Shown piece after piece: positions 7,446 through 15,479 of a stretch of DNA of 20,217 nt. The stretch is from Candidatus Diapherotrites archaeon CG10_big_fil_rev_8_21_14_0_10_31_34 (lineage in GTDB: Archaea > Iainarchaeota > Iainarchaeia > Iainarchaeales > 1-14-0-10-31-34). The translations under genes were made by a program, and so were the position numbers. The notes under the pieces are model-generated. The model was not told where the DNA came from, made no database searches, and saw nothing but the letters and a program-made list of their open reading frames with translations. Each line of letters opens with the position of its first letter. Positions within the stretch are counted from its first letter, which is position 1. The DNA is taken from assembly GCA_002763225.1 (NCBI GenBank), contig PFAI01000037.1, forward strand, positions 2,531-22,747. The letters are read 5' to 3'.

Positions 7446-8671
7446 AAATAATCAGAAATTTTCTTTTGATTTAACGAGTCGAGCAGTTTGCTTTCTCTTT
7501 TAAATAAATTTATGGGTGTTTCAAGCTTTCTTCCAATGTAAGTTAATGCCAAGTCTAAATCAAAAAATCTTAATGGTTTCTTTTTTAGAGCATTTCTGAC
7601 AGTCTCACGAATAAGCCAAACTCCTAAACTTAAAGAATATTCTTGACCAATTTCCCTGAAAACAATTACTTTTGACTGCCTTCTTTTTTCAAACAAAAAT
7701 TCAGTTACAGCTAAACGCGAGGCATAATATGCTCCTGAAACATCTGAAGCATAATTTTTTCTTCCTTTAAAGGATTCAAAATCGGCCATAATTTTTGTTT
7801 CTTTTCCCTGCACCCAAACCGAATCAGCTTTCCATGCTTCAAGCTGTTCAAAAGACCAAGAGCCAGGCAAAAGCAAAACAAAAAAATGATTATCCAGATA
7901 ATTTGCCTGAAATAACTGAATAAAATCTGTTTCCTTAAAATACTTTATTTTTTCAATTAATTTTTTTGAAATAGTGTCATCAACTGCAGTAATGCTCCAT
8001 CTGGTTGGAACTAACTTTCTTTTCTTTTTTAATCCAAGCAGGCCGGCAGACAAAATTTTTTGAAGAGAATTAACTGAAACATTTGAGTCATATAATTCTT
8101 CTAATCCTTTAGTTGAAAGCAAATCAGTGTCAGAAGTAATATAATCAACTTTTTTTGGAATCTTTGGGTTTTCGTTTAAAGAAAACTTTTTTAATTCAGC
8201 TTTAGGGCCAGAAGGAACAGAAAGAAAATCAAAAGAAATCTTGTCAGACAAAATTTTGTTTAATTCAACTGAAACATTTAAAGGAGAAACAGCCATAACA
8301 GATTCCTGAATTTCAGATAATTCTCTTGAAGGATTTAAAGCAGAAAAAACATCAGTTTTTTTTCCTGACTGAATTAATGATTCACGCATTTCAATTATTT
8401 TCTCTGAAGAAAAACCAAACCATTTTTCTGGTTCATCGAAAAACTCTATTTCCTGAGAAAAAAAAGGAGAAGACAAAGGAGCAATAGAAACATTTGGATA
8501 ATTATTCCAAGAAACAAATAAACCAGGGGGAGAACTTCCTTCAAAAGAATTGTTTTTTATTTCAGAAAAAATTTTTGATTTCCGTTTATGACTGTCTAAA
8601 ATTTTGCAGGAAGTTAAACCGCATAAAAGACGGCCTTTGCATGAAATGCATTCAATTCCATTTACTTTCAT
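7442..8671 (-). CDS. nreA: Nre family archaeal DNA repair protein (PCNA-interacting)
   Basis: True start is M70 of the track ORF (MKVNGIECISCKGRLLCGLTSC, a Cys cluster). Conserved GSSPPGLFV, RKLVPTRWSITAVD, GAYYASRLAV and LGVWLIRE; C-terminal PIP box QKKISDYF; 409 aa. Confidence 0.93.
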   Translation of the reverse strand: MKVNGIECISCKGRLLCGLTSCKILDSHKRKSKIFSEIKNNSFEGSSPPGLFVSWNNYPNVSIAPLSSPFFSQEIEFFDEPEKWFGFSSEKIIEMRESLIQSGKKTDVFSALNPSRELSEIQESVMAVSPLNVSVELNKILSDKISFDFLSVPSGPKAELKKFSLNENPKIPKKVDYITSDTDLLSTKGLEELYDSNVSVNSLQKILSAGLLGLKKKRKLVPTRWSITAVDDTISKKLIEKIKYFKETDFIQLFQANYLDNHFFVLLLPGSWSFEQLEAWKADSVWVQGKETKIMADFESFKGRKNYASDVSGAYYASRLAVTEFLFEKRRQSKVIVFREIGQEYSLSLGVWLIRETVRNALKKKPLRFFDLDLALTYIGRKLETPINLFKRESKLLDSLNQKKISDYF

Positions 8672-8694
8672 AGTAAAGAAGAGACAAATAAGGG

Positions 8695-8702
8695 TTATAA
8701 AA
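8695..8702. promoter_or_regulatory. Bidirectional TATA box shared by nreA and thiN
   Basis: Palindromic TTATAA centred in a 52-bp divergent intergenic region, about 26-27 nt from both ATGs. Confidence 0.6.
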
Positions 8703-8723
8703 AGTTTGAATGAACTTCTTGTT

Positions 8724-9362
8724 ATGAGTAAAAGAGCAGCATTAATCTGCAATGGAAGCATTAACACAAAATTCTTGTATTCATTTATTTCAGAAAACGA
8801 TTTTATTATTGCAGTGGACGGCGGAGCAAACAAACTGGCAAAAACAAAATTTACGCCAAATCTGATTATAGGAGACATGGATTCAATTTCAAAGAATTCA
8901 TTAAAAAAATTCAGGAAAATAAAACAAATAAAGTTTCCGGTAGAAAAAAATGAAATTGATTTAGAGTTAGCAATAGATTACTGTATTAAAAAAAAATTCA
9001 AAGAAATAATTATTCTTGGAGCAATCGGAACAAGAGCAGACATGACTTTAACAAATGTTTTTTTGCTTGCACAAATTCCAAAAAAAATCAAGACAAAAAT
9101 CATTCACGAAAACCAGGAAATTTATTTGATTCCCAAAAAAAAGTTTTTAATTCAGGGAATACCAGGAGAAAAAATTTCTTTGTTTCCAATTAAAGGAAAT
9201 GTAAAAGGATTGAATTTAAAAGGATTCAAATATGAACTAAAAAACCATGAATTAAAGTTTGGATTAGGAATTGGTTTAAGCAATGAATTTAAAAACAAAA
9301 AAGCTTGGATTACGACAAAAGACGGATTATTGCTGTGCGTTCACTTTAGGAAATGGTTCTGA
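8724..9362 (+). CDS. thiN: Thiamine pyrophosphokinase
   Basis: True start is M41 of the track ORF (MSKRAALICNG). TPK motifs IAVDGGAN, LIIGDMDS, EKNEIDLELA, GAIGTRAD, GFKYEL and GLSNE; 212 aa. Confidence 0.93.
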   Translation: MSKRAALICNGSINTKFLYSFISENDFIIAVDGGANKLAKTKFTPNLIIGDMDSISKNSLKKFRKIKQIKFPVEKNEIDLELAIDYCIKKKFKEIIILGAIGTRADMTLTNVFLLAQIPKKIKTKIIHENQEIYLIPKKKFLIQGIPGEKISLFPIKGNVKGLNLKGFKYELKNHELKFGLGIGLSNEFKNKKAWITTKDGLLLCVHFRKWF

Positions 9363-9403
9363 ATTTAAATCCTCTATTCCTGTTTTTATCAGGAGGGCAT
9401 CTG

Positions 9404-10432
9404 ATGGAGAAAAAAATTGTTTTATTTATTGCTTTAATTTTAGTTTTATTTTTGTTTGGCTGTACTGAACAGAAACAAAATGAAACAGGAAAAAAAGAAT
9501 TAACTATTTATACTTATGATTCAATGATATCAGAATATGGTTTAATGCCAAAAATTATTCCAAAATTTGAAGAACAATGCAACTGCAAAGTTAATTTGAT
9601 TTCAAAAGGAGACTCAGGACAGGTTTTAACTACACTTGTACTGGAAAAAGAAAACCCTAAAGCAGATGTGGTAATTGGAATAGATAATAGTTTGATTCAC
9701 AACGCAATAGAAAATAATGTACTGGAAAAATTTACTCCAAAAAACATTGATAAAATAAAAAAAGGAATTGAATTCAATGAAAAAGGTTTTTTGACTCCGT
9801 TTGATTTTGGGTTTATCGCTTTTGTTTTTGATTCACAAAAAGTTGAAATAGAATTAAACAATTTTAATTCATTGCTTGATTCAAGCCTTAGAAAAAAAAT
9901 TGTAATTGAAAATCCCAGAACTTCTTCACCTGGGCTGGCCTTATTACTTTGGACAATAAAAGTTTACGGAGATCCAGGATACAAGGATTACTGGAAAAAA
10001 TTAAAGCCAAATATTCTGGTTGTAACTGACGGCTGGGATGAAGCAGCAGGATTATTCAAAGCAGGAGAAGCACCAATTTATTTGAGTTATGCGACTTCTC
10101 CTCCGTATTACGCTGAATTTGAAGAAATAAATTATTTTTTGGCAGCAGAATTTGAAGAAGGCCATTATATTCAAATTGAAGGAATAGGAATAGTTAAAGG
10201 CACAAAAAACAGGGAGTTAGCAGAACAATTCATTGAATTTATGTTAACAGAAGAAGCCCAAAAAGAAATTCCTTTCACCCAGTTTATGTTTCCGGTAAAT
10301 GAAAAAGTTGAGTTACCAAAAGCATTTGACTATGCATTAATTCCTTCAAAAAACCTGGAAGTAGACCCAAAATTAGTTGAAGAAAAACAAGAGGAATGGA
10401 TTTCAGAATGGGAAAAAATAATGTCTTCATAG
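9404..10432 (+). CDS. thiB: Thiamine ABC transporter substrate-binding lipoprotein
   Basis: Start after AGGAGG (9391-9396); lipobox LFGC; motifs LTIYTYDS, ADVVIGID, PRTSSPG, LSYATSP, GHYIQIEG and QFMFPV. Confidence 0.92.
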   Translation: MEKKIVLFIALILVLFLFGCTEQKQNETGKKELTIYTYDSMISEYGLMPKIIPKFEEQCNCKVNLISKGDSGQVLTTLVLEKENPKADVVIGIDNSLIHNAIENNVLEKFTPKNIDKIKKGIEFNEKGFLTPFDFGFIAFVFDSQKVEIELNNFNSLLDSSLRKKIVIENPRTSSPGLALLLWTIKVYGDPGYKDYWKKLKPNILVVTDGWDEAAGLFKAGEAPIYLSYATSPPYYAEFEEINYFLAAEFEEGHYIQIEGIGIVKGTKNRELAEQFIEFMLTEEAQKEIPFTQFMFPVNEKVELPKAFDYALIPSKNLEVDPKLVEEKQEEWISEWEKIMSS

Positions 10433-10434
10433 CA

Positions 10435-11994
10435 ATGAAAATTCTTTTTCTTGGATTCTTTTTTATTTTCTTTTTTTTTCCTTTAATTACAGTTATTTTA
10501 AAAGTGCTTGAATCAGATTTCAGTTCTTTTCTCAGTGTTTTGATTTCAAACCAAAAATTAATCTGGAATTCTTTTTTTCAGGCAGGAGTTTCAACTTTTT
10601 TTTGTTTATTAATCGGGATTCCAGCAGCATTTATTGTTGCCAGAAGGAATTTTAAAGGAAAAAAATTTATTAAAGCATTAAGCTTGATTCCGTTTGTTTT
10701 TCCTTCAATTTTAATAGTAATTTCTTTTGTAATTGTTTTTGGAAACAATGGCTGGATAAATCATTTCTTAAAAAATGTTTTTGGATTAAAAGAACACATC
10801 CAATTTTTGTATGGATTTAGCGGAATAATTTTGGCTCACACGTTTTATAATTTTCCTTTGGTTATGCGGTTTGTTTCAGATGCATGGGAAAAACTTGATA
10901 TAACAATGAAAGAATCAGCTAAAAGCCTGGGCGCAGATAAATTCCAGGTATTCTGGAATGTGACTTTAAGGCAGTTAATGCCGTCAATTATTGCTTCTGC
11001 TTCACTTGTATTTATTTTTTGTTTCATGAGTTTTGCAATAGTAATAACTTTAGGAGGCATTCAGTTTTCAACTTTAGAAACAGAAATTTACAGGCAGATA
11101 ACAAGAAACATTAATTTTTCTTTAGGAGCATTTCTTGCTTTATTCCAGTTCATTGTTTTAGGGTTAATCGGATTAATTTATTTTTATTTTTCAAAAAAAT
11201 TTCAGATTAAAGAAAAAGCTGTTTTAGAACAGCCAAAAAAAATTAATTTTTTTGAAAAAGCATTTCTTTTAATTTTGGTTTGCTTTATTTTGCTTCCAAT
11301 AATTGCCTTAATTGTTTTTTCTTTTTTTAATCAAGGAACTGGAGAAATTTCTTTTAAGGCATTTGAAAAAATCTTTTTTTCCGGAAACACTAATTTGCTT
11401 GGAACCACTGCATTAAGTTCAATTGGATTCAGCTTAATTATTGCTTTAATTGCTTCAGTTATTGCCAGCTTAATGGGATTAATTGCTTCATTAAAGCAGA
11501 CAAAAATTTCTTTGATTAATGTTTTTGTTGCTTCATCTTTAGCTGTATCAGTTATAACTCTTGCTTTTGGTTATTTGATTGGATTAAAATCAGGAAATTT
11601 ATTGATTATTGCTTTAGGTCATTCAATTCTTGCTTTTCCTTTTTCGTTCAGAGTAATAAATAATGCTTTAAATAAAATTGATGAAGAAAGTCTGGATTCA
11701 GCCAAAACTTTAGGGGCAAATGAATTAGAAGTCTTCAAAGAAGTGCAGTTTCCAAGAATAAAAAATGCTTTAATGGTTTCATTATCTTTTTGTTTTGCTG
11801 TTTCTTTAGGAGAGTTAGGATTTATTTTGGTTTTATATGACGGAATATACGCTACAATGCCAGTGTATATTTACAGGTTATTAGGAACGTTTGATTTGGT
11901 TGCTGCGTCAGCAATGGGATTAATTTTAATTTTAATTTCTTTTATTGCTTTTTATGCAATAGAAATTTATTCAAAAAATGAACAGGTGTTTTAA
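10435..11994 (+). CDS. thiP: Thiamine ABC transporter permease (two fused TM modules)
   Basis: Start MKILF. GIILAHTFYNFP and two EAA loops (ESAKSLGA, DSAKTLGA); located between thiB and the ATPase. Confidence 0.88.
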   Translation: MKILFLGFFFIFFFFPLITVILKVLESDFSSFLSVLISNQKLIWNSFFQAGVSTFFCLLIGIPAAFIVARRNFKGKKFIKALSLIPFVFPSILIVISFVIVFGNNGWINHFLKNVFGLKEHIQFLYGFSGIILAHTFYNFPLVMRFVSDAWEKLDITMKESAKSLGADKFQVFWNVTLRQLMPSIIASASLVFIFCFMSFAIVITLGGIQFSTLETEIYRQITRNINFSLGAFLALFQFIVLGLIGLIYFYFSKKFQIKEKAVLEQPKKINFFEKAFLLILVCFILLPIIALIVFSFFNQGTGEISFKAFEKIFFSGNTNLLGTTALSSIGFSLIIALIASVIASLMGLIASLKQTKISLINVFVASSLAVSVITLAFGYLIGLKSGNLLIIALGHSILAFPFSFRVINNALNKIDEESLDSAKTLGANELEVFKEVQFPRIKNALMVSLSFCFAVSLGELGFILVLYDGIYATMPVYIYRLLGTFDLVAASAMGLILILISFIAFYAIEIYSKNEQVF

Positions 11995-12827
11995 TGAAAG
12001 TCAAAATAGAAAAAATAGAAAAAAGTTTTCCTGAACTCAAAATAGATTTTTCCCTGGAAGTTGAATCAGGAAGCTTTACTTCAATTGTAGGACCATCAGG
12101 ATGCGGAAAAACAACTTTACTGAAATTGATTTCAGGCTTGCTTGAAACAGAAAAAGGAAAAATTTTTTTCGGAGAAAAAGAAGTAACTAAAATTCCTCCT
12201 GAAAAAAGAAATACTGGCTTGGTGTTTCAAAATGACACATTGTTTTCTCATTTAAATGTATTTGATAACATTGGTTTTGGATTAAAAATGAGAAAAAAAT
12301 CAAAAAAAGAAATTGAAAAAAAGGTTTTAAATGCACTTGAATTAGTTCATTTACAAGGATTTGAAAACCGGGAAGTAAACAATTTAAGCGGGGGAGAAAA
12401 AAGAAGAACAGCAATTGCCAGAGCAATTTCATTTGAACCTGATTTGCTTTTGTTGGATGAACCATTAAATGGCTTGGATGCAAAACTAAAAGAAAAAATG
12501 AAATTGTTTTTAAAAGAGTTAAGCGAGAAAACCAGTTTGACTGTTTTAATGGTCACTCACGATATTGATGAAGCATTTTTTTTAAGCGATAAAATTGTTG
12601 TAATGAATAATGGAAGAGTTGAACAAGAAGGAAAGCCTGAAGAAATTTTTTTGAATCCAATAAATGCTTTTGTAAAAAACTTTGTTTCAGATTATGTTTT
12701 GATTGAAGGAAAACCCAGAATTGTGAATGGAAAAAAAATGATTGAAGGAAAATTTTTGCTTCCGGCAAAAGGCAAAGGAAAAGCTTTAATCAATTTCAAG
12801 AAAACAAACTACAAGTTTTTGGATTAG
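11994..12827 (+). CDS. thiQ: ABC transporter ATP-binding protein of the thiamine uptake system
   Basis: Walker A GPSGCGKT, Q-loop VFQ, signature LSGGE, Walker B LLLLDEP, H-loop VTHD. TAATG coupling to thiP. The symbol is assigned from operon context. Confidence 0.85.
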   Translation: MKVKIEKIEKSFPELKIDFSLEVESGSFTSIVGPSGCGKTTLLKLISGLLETEKGKIFFGEKEVTKIPPEKRNTGLVFQNDTLFSHLNVFDNIGFGLKMRKKSKKEIEKKVLNALELVHLQGFENREVNNLSGGEKRRTAIARAISFEPDLLLLDEPLNGLDAKLKEKMKLFLKELSEKTSLTVLMVTHDIDEAFFLSDKIVVMNNGRVEQEGKPEEIFLNPINAFVKNFVSDYVLIEGKPRIVNGKKMIEGKFLLPAKGKGKALINFKKTNYKFLD

Positions 12828-13235
12828 TTAAGTTCCAAGTTTCTCAAAACCAACTTTTCCAAACTTCTTTTCCAGCAGCTCAATCCAGTTTCTTAAAATA
12901 AAAAAGTTTTCTTTTAAATCGTGTCTAATGTTTTTCACTTTTCCTTTTCCTAAAACTTTCTCTAATTCTAAAGATTCAATAAAAATAAAATTATACGCGG
13001 ATTTCATTTCTCTTATTGAAAAATTAATTTCTTTAACCTCTGATAAAGAAGGCACTCTTTTAGTTTCGTAAAAGTCACTAAATTTAAGTATGAGTTTATT
13101 ATAAATCTTAAATGTTTTTTTAGCGTTTAAGGAAAACCCGCTTTTAATCATTAAATTTGTTTCAAGTTTTTTTTTCTTAGTTTTCTTCTTTCTTTGCTGA
13201 TTAATTTGAAATCTTCTTTTCTTTGGGGAAGGCAT
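12828..13235 (-). CDS. Hypothetical basic protein
   Basis: 135-aa ORF filling the gap between thiQ and thrS, with a TATA-like element about 25 nt upstream; Lys/Arg-rich N-terminus MPSPKKRR. Confidence 0.65.
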   Translation of the reverse strand: MPSPKKRRFQINQQRKKKTKKKKLETNLMIKSGFSLNAKKTFKIYNKLILKFSDFYETKRVPSLSEVKEINFSIREMKSAYNFIFIESLELEKVLGKGKVKNIRHDLKENFFILRNWIELLEKKFGKVGFEKLGT

Positions 13236-13256
13236 ACTTAATTAAGTTTCTTAAAC

Positions 13257-13264
13257 ATTTAAAA
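13257..13264. promoter_or_regulatory. Bidirectional TATA box shared by the orphan gene and thrS
   Basis: Palindromic TTTAAA (13258-13263) near the centre of a 52-bp divergent intergenic region. Confidence 0.55.
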
Positions 13265-13287
13265 AAACACGCTTTAGTATATATTTC

Positions 13288-15195
13288 ATGGCTGACATTG
13301 AATTGACTTTGCCTGACAATTCCAAACTAAAAGTGAAAAAAGGAATTAAAGGAATTGAAGCAGCAAAAAAAATCGGAAGCAAATTAGCTAAAGATGCATT
13401 AGCAATAAAAGTAAACGGAGAATTAAAGACATTAGATTATAAAATAGAAAAAAATTCTGGTTTTAGTGTTATTACAAGAAATTCAAAAGACGGATTAGAA
13501 GTATTAAGGCATTCCTGTTCTCATGTAATGGCTGAAGCAGTAAAAGAATTATGGCCTTCAGTCAAATTAGGAATAGGGCCTGCAATAGAAGACGGATTTT
13601 ATTATGATTTCTTTAAAAAAGAGCCTTTCTTAAACGAAGACCTGGAAAAAATAGAAGAAAAAATGAAGGAAATAATAAAAGAAGACAAGGAATTCAAGAA
13701 AAAAGAAAAAAGAAAAGAAGAAGCAGAAACCTTTTTCTCAAAAAAAGGAGAAAAATTCAAAGTAGAATTAATTAAAGAATTAACTGAAAGAATTTCTTTT
13801 TATGAGTCAGGAAAATTCATTGATTTATGCAAAGGACCTCATGTAAAAAAAACAGGAGAAATAAAGGCATTCAAATTATTAAGCACTGGCGGAGCATACT
13901 GGAAAGGAAACGAAAAAAACGAAATGCTTCAAAGAATTTATGGAACAGCATTTTTTTCACAAAAAGACTTAGATGAATTTTTAAAGAAAAAAGAAGAAGC
14001 AGAAAAAAGGGACCACAGAAAAATCGGAAAACAATTAGACTTGTTTTCAATTAATGAAGTTGTTGGAAGCGGATTTATTTTATGGCACCCAAAAGGAACT
14101 GCTTTAAGAAACCAAATAATGAAATTTGATGAACAAGAGCATTTGAAAAGAGATTACGAGTTCGTAACTACTCCACATATATTCAAAGGAGACACATGGG
14201 ATATTTCAGGGCATTCAGGGTATTACAGAGACAACATGTATTTTTTGAAAATAGATGAACAAGAATATGGAGTAAAACCAATGAATTGTCCTGCACACAT
14301 AATGATTTACAAAAGCAACCAGCATTCTTACAGAGAACTGCCAATAAAATACTTTGAATTTGGAACAGTTTACAGATATGAAAAGTCTGGTGTATTAGGA
14401 GGATTGTTCAGAGTAAGAGGCTTTACACAAGATGATGCGCATATTTTCTGCACTCCAGAGCAATTAGAAAACGAAATAAAAAAAGTAATTGAATTTTGTT
14501 TGCATATATACAAAGTTTTTGGTTTTGAAGAGGTTTCAGTAAAACTTTCAACCAAACCAGACAAAGCAATTGGAACAGAAGAACAATGGGAAAAAGCAAC
14601 CAATGCATTAAGAAAATCATTAGATGAAACAGGATTAAAATACGAAGTTGATGAAGGAGAAGGAGTATTTTATGGTCCAAAAATTGATTTCAAAGTAAAA
14701 GATTCAATTAAAAGAGAATGGCAGTTAAGCACTATTCAAGTGGATTTTAATTTGCCGGAAAGATTTGATGCAGTTTATGTAGGGGATGACTCAAAAAAGC
14801 ACAGAACAATAATGATTCACAGAGCAATATTTGGGTCATTAGAAAGATTTATTGGAATCTTAATAGAACATTTTGAAGGAAAATTTCCTTTATGGCTGGC
14901 TCCGGTTCAGTTCAAAGTATTAAATGTCGGAGAAAAATTTGAAGATTACGCAAAAAAAATCAATGAAAAATTAAAGGAAAATGGTTTTAGAGCAGAATTA
15001 GATTTAAGAGCAGAAACTGTTTCATACAAAATAAGAGAAGGGCAAATGCAGAAAATTCCTTATCTTATTGTTGTAGGAGAAAGAGAAAAAGAAAACAATT
15101 CAGTAACAGTAAGAGACAGAGAAGGAAAACAAAAAACAAGTTCATTAGAAGAATTCATTGAACAGGCAAAAAAAGAAGTACAGGAAAAAAAGTAA
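13288..15195 (+). CDS. thrS: Threonine--tRNA ligase, bacterial-type (TGS + editing domain + class II core + anticodon domain)
   Basis: RHSCSH, GPAIEDGFYYDF, DLCKGPHV, QRIYGTAF, RDHRKIG, KPMNCP, GLFRVRGFTQDDAHIF, FYGPKID, HRAIFGSLERF and WLAPVQ. Confidence 0.98.
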   Translation: MADIELTLPDNSKLKVKKGIKGIEAAKKIGSKLAKDALAIKVNGELKTLDYKIEKNSGFSVITRNSKDGLEVLRHSCSHVMAEAVKELWPSVKLGIGPAIEDGFYYDFFKKEPFLNEDLEKIEEKMKEIIKEDKEFKKKEKRKEEAETFFSKKGEKFKVELIKELTERISFYESGKFIDLCKGPHVKKTGEIKAFKLLSTGGAYWKGNEKNEMLQRIYGTAFFSQKDLDEFLKKKEEAEKRDHRKIGKQLDLFSINEVVGSGFILWHPKGTALRNQIMKFDEQEHLKRDYEFVTTPHIFKGDTWDISGHSGYYRDNMYFLKIDEQEYGVKPMNCPAHIMIYKSNQHSYRELPIKYFEFGTVYRYEKSGVLGGLFRVRGFTQDDAHIFCTPEQLENEIKKVIEFCLHIYKVFGFEEVSVKLSTKPDKAIGTEEQWEKATNALRKSLDETGLKYEVDEGEGVFYGPKIDFKVKDSIKREWQLSTIQVDFNLPERFDAVYVGDDSKKHRTIMIHRAIFGSLERFIGILIEHFEGKFPLWLAPVQFKVLNVGEKFEDYAKKINEKLKENGFRAELDLRAETVSYKIREGQMQKIPYLIVVGEREKENNSVTVRDREGKQKTSSLEEFIEQAKKEVQEKK

Positions 15196-15420
15196 AGAAA
15201 AGGAAAAAAGTTATAATAAAATAAAACAAATTAAAACAAAAACTAATTAAAAAAAAGAAATCACAAAAAAACAAAAAAAACACGAAAAAAACTTAAAACA
15301 AAAAAAACTGATTCAAAAAAAAAGAAAACACAAAAAAACACACAAAAATAGCAAAAAAGAAAATAAACAAAAAAAACTAAAATAAAAAAAACTCAAAAAA
15401 AACTGATTCAAAAAAATTAA
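15196..15420 (+). repeat. A-rich low-complexity intergenic tract with a 21-nt direct repeat
   Basis: 15241-15420 contains 132 A and 7 G in 180 nt (hand count). AAAAAAACTGATTCAAAAAAA occurs at 15301-15321 and 15396-15416. Confidence 0.85.
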
Positions 15421-15479
15421 ATTTGTTTTTTTCTTTAGATAAATTTAAATAAACTAAAGGGGTTGTGTTATAGGAGAAT

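Noticed and set aside
8604..8878. Apparent head-to-head overlap of the 478-aa and 252-aa ORFs
   Set aside because: An artefact of longest-ORF calling; family motifs begin at 8671 (-) and 8724 (+).
8672..9403. TPP riboswitch upstream of thiN or thiB
   Set aside because: The intergenic regions are only 52 and 41 nt and lack the CTGAGA and CCTGA..TAAT core motifs.
9353..10434. Extended starts for thiB (9353) and thiP (10396)
   Set aside because: The SD and lipoprotein signal support 9404 for thiB, and 10435 removes the overlap of thiP with thiB.
15196..15420. Lys-rich or Phe-rich small protein in the A-tract
   Set aside because: No ORF of 60 aa or more in the track, and no plausible start codon or SD on either strand.
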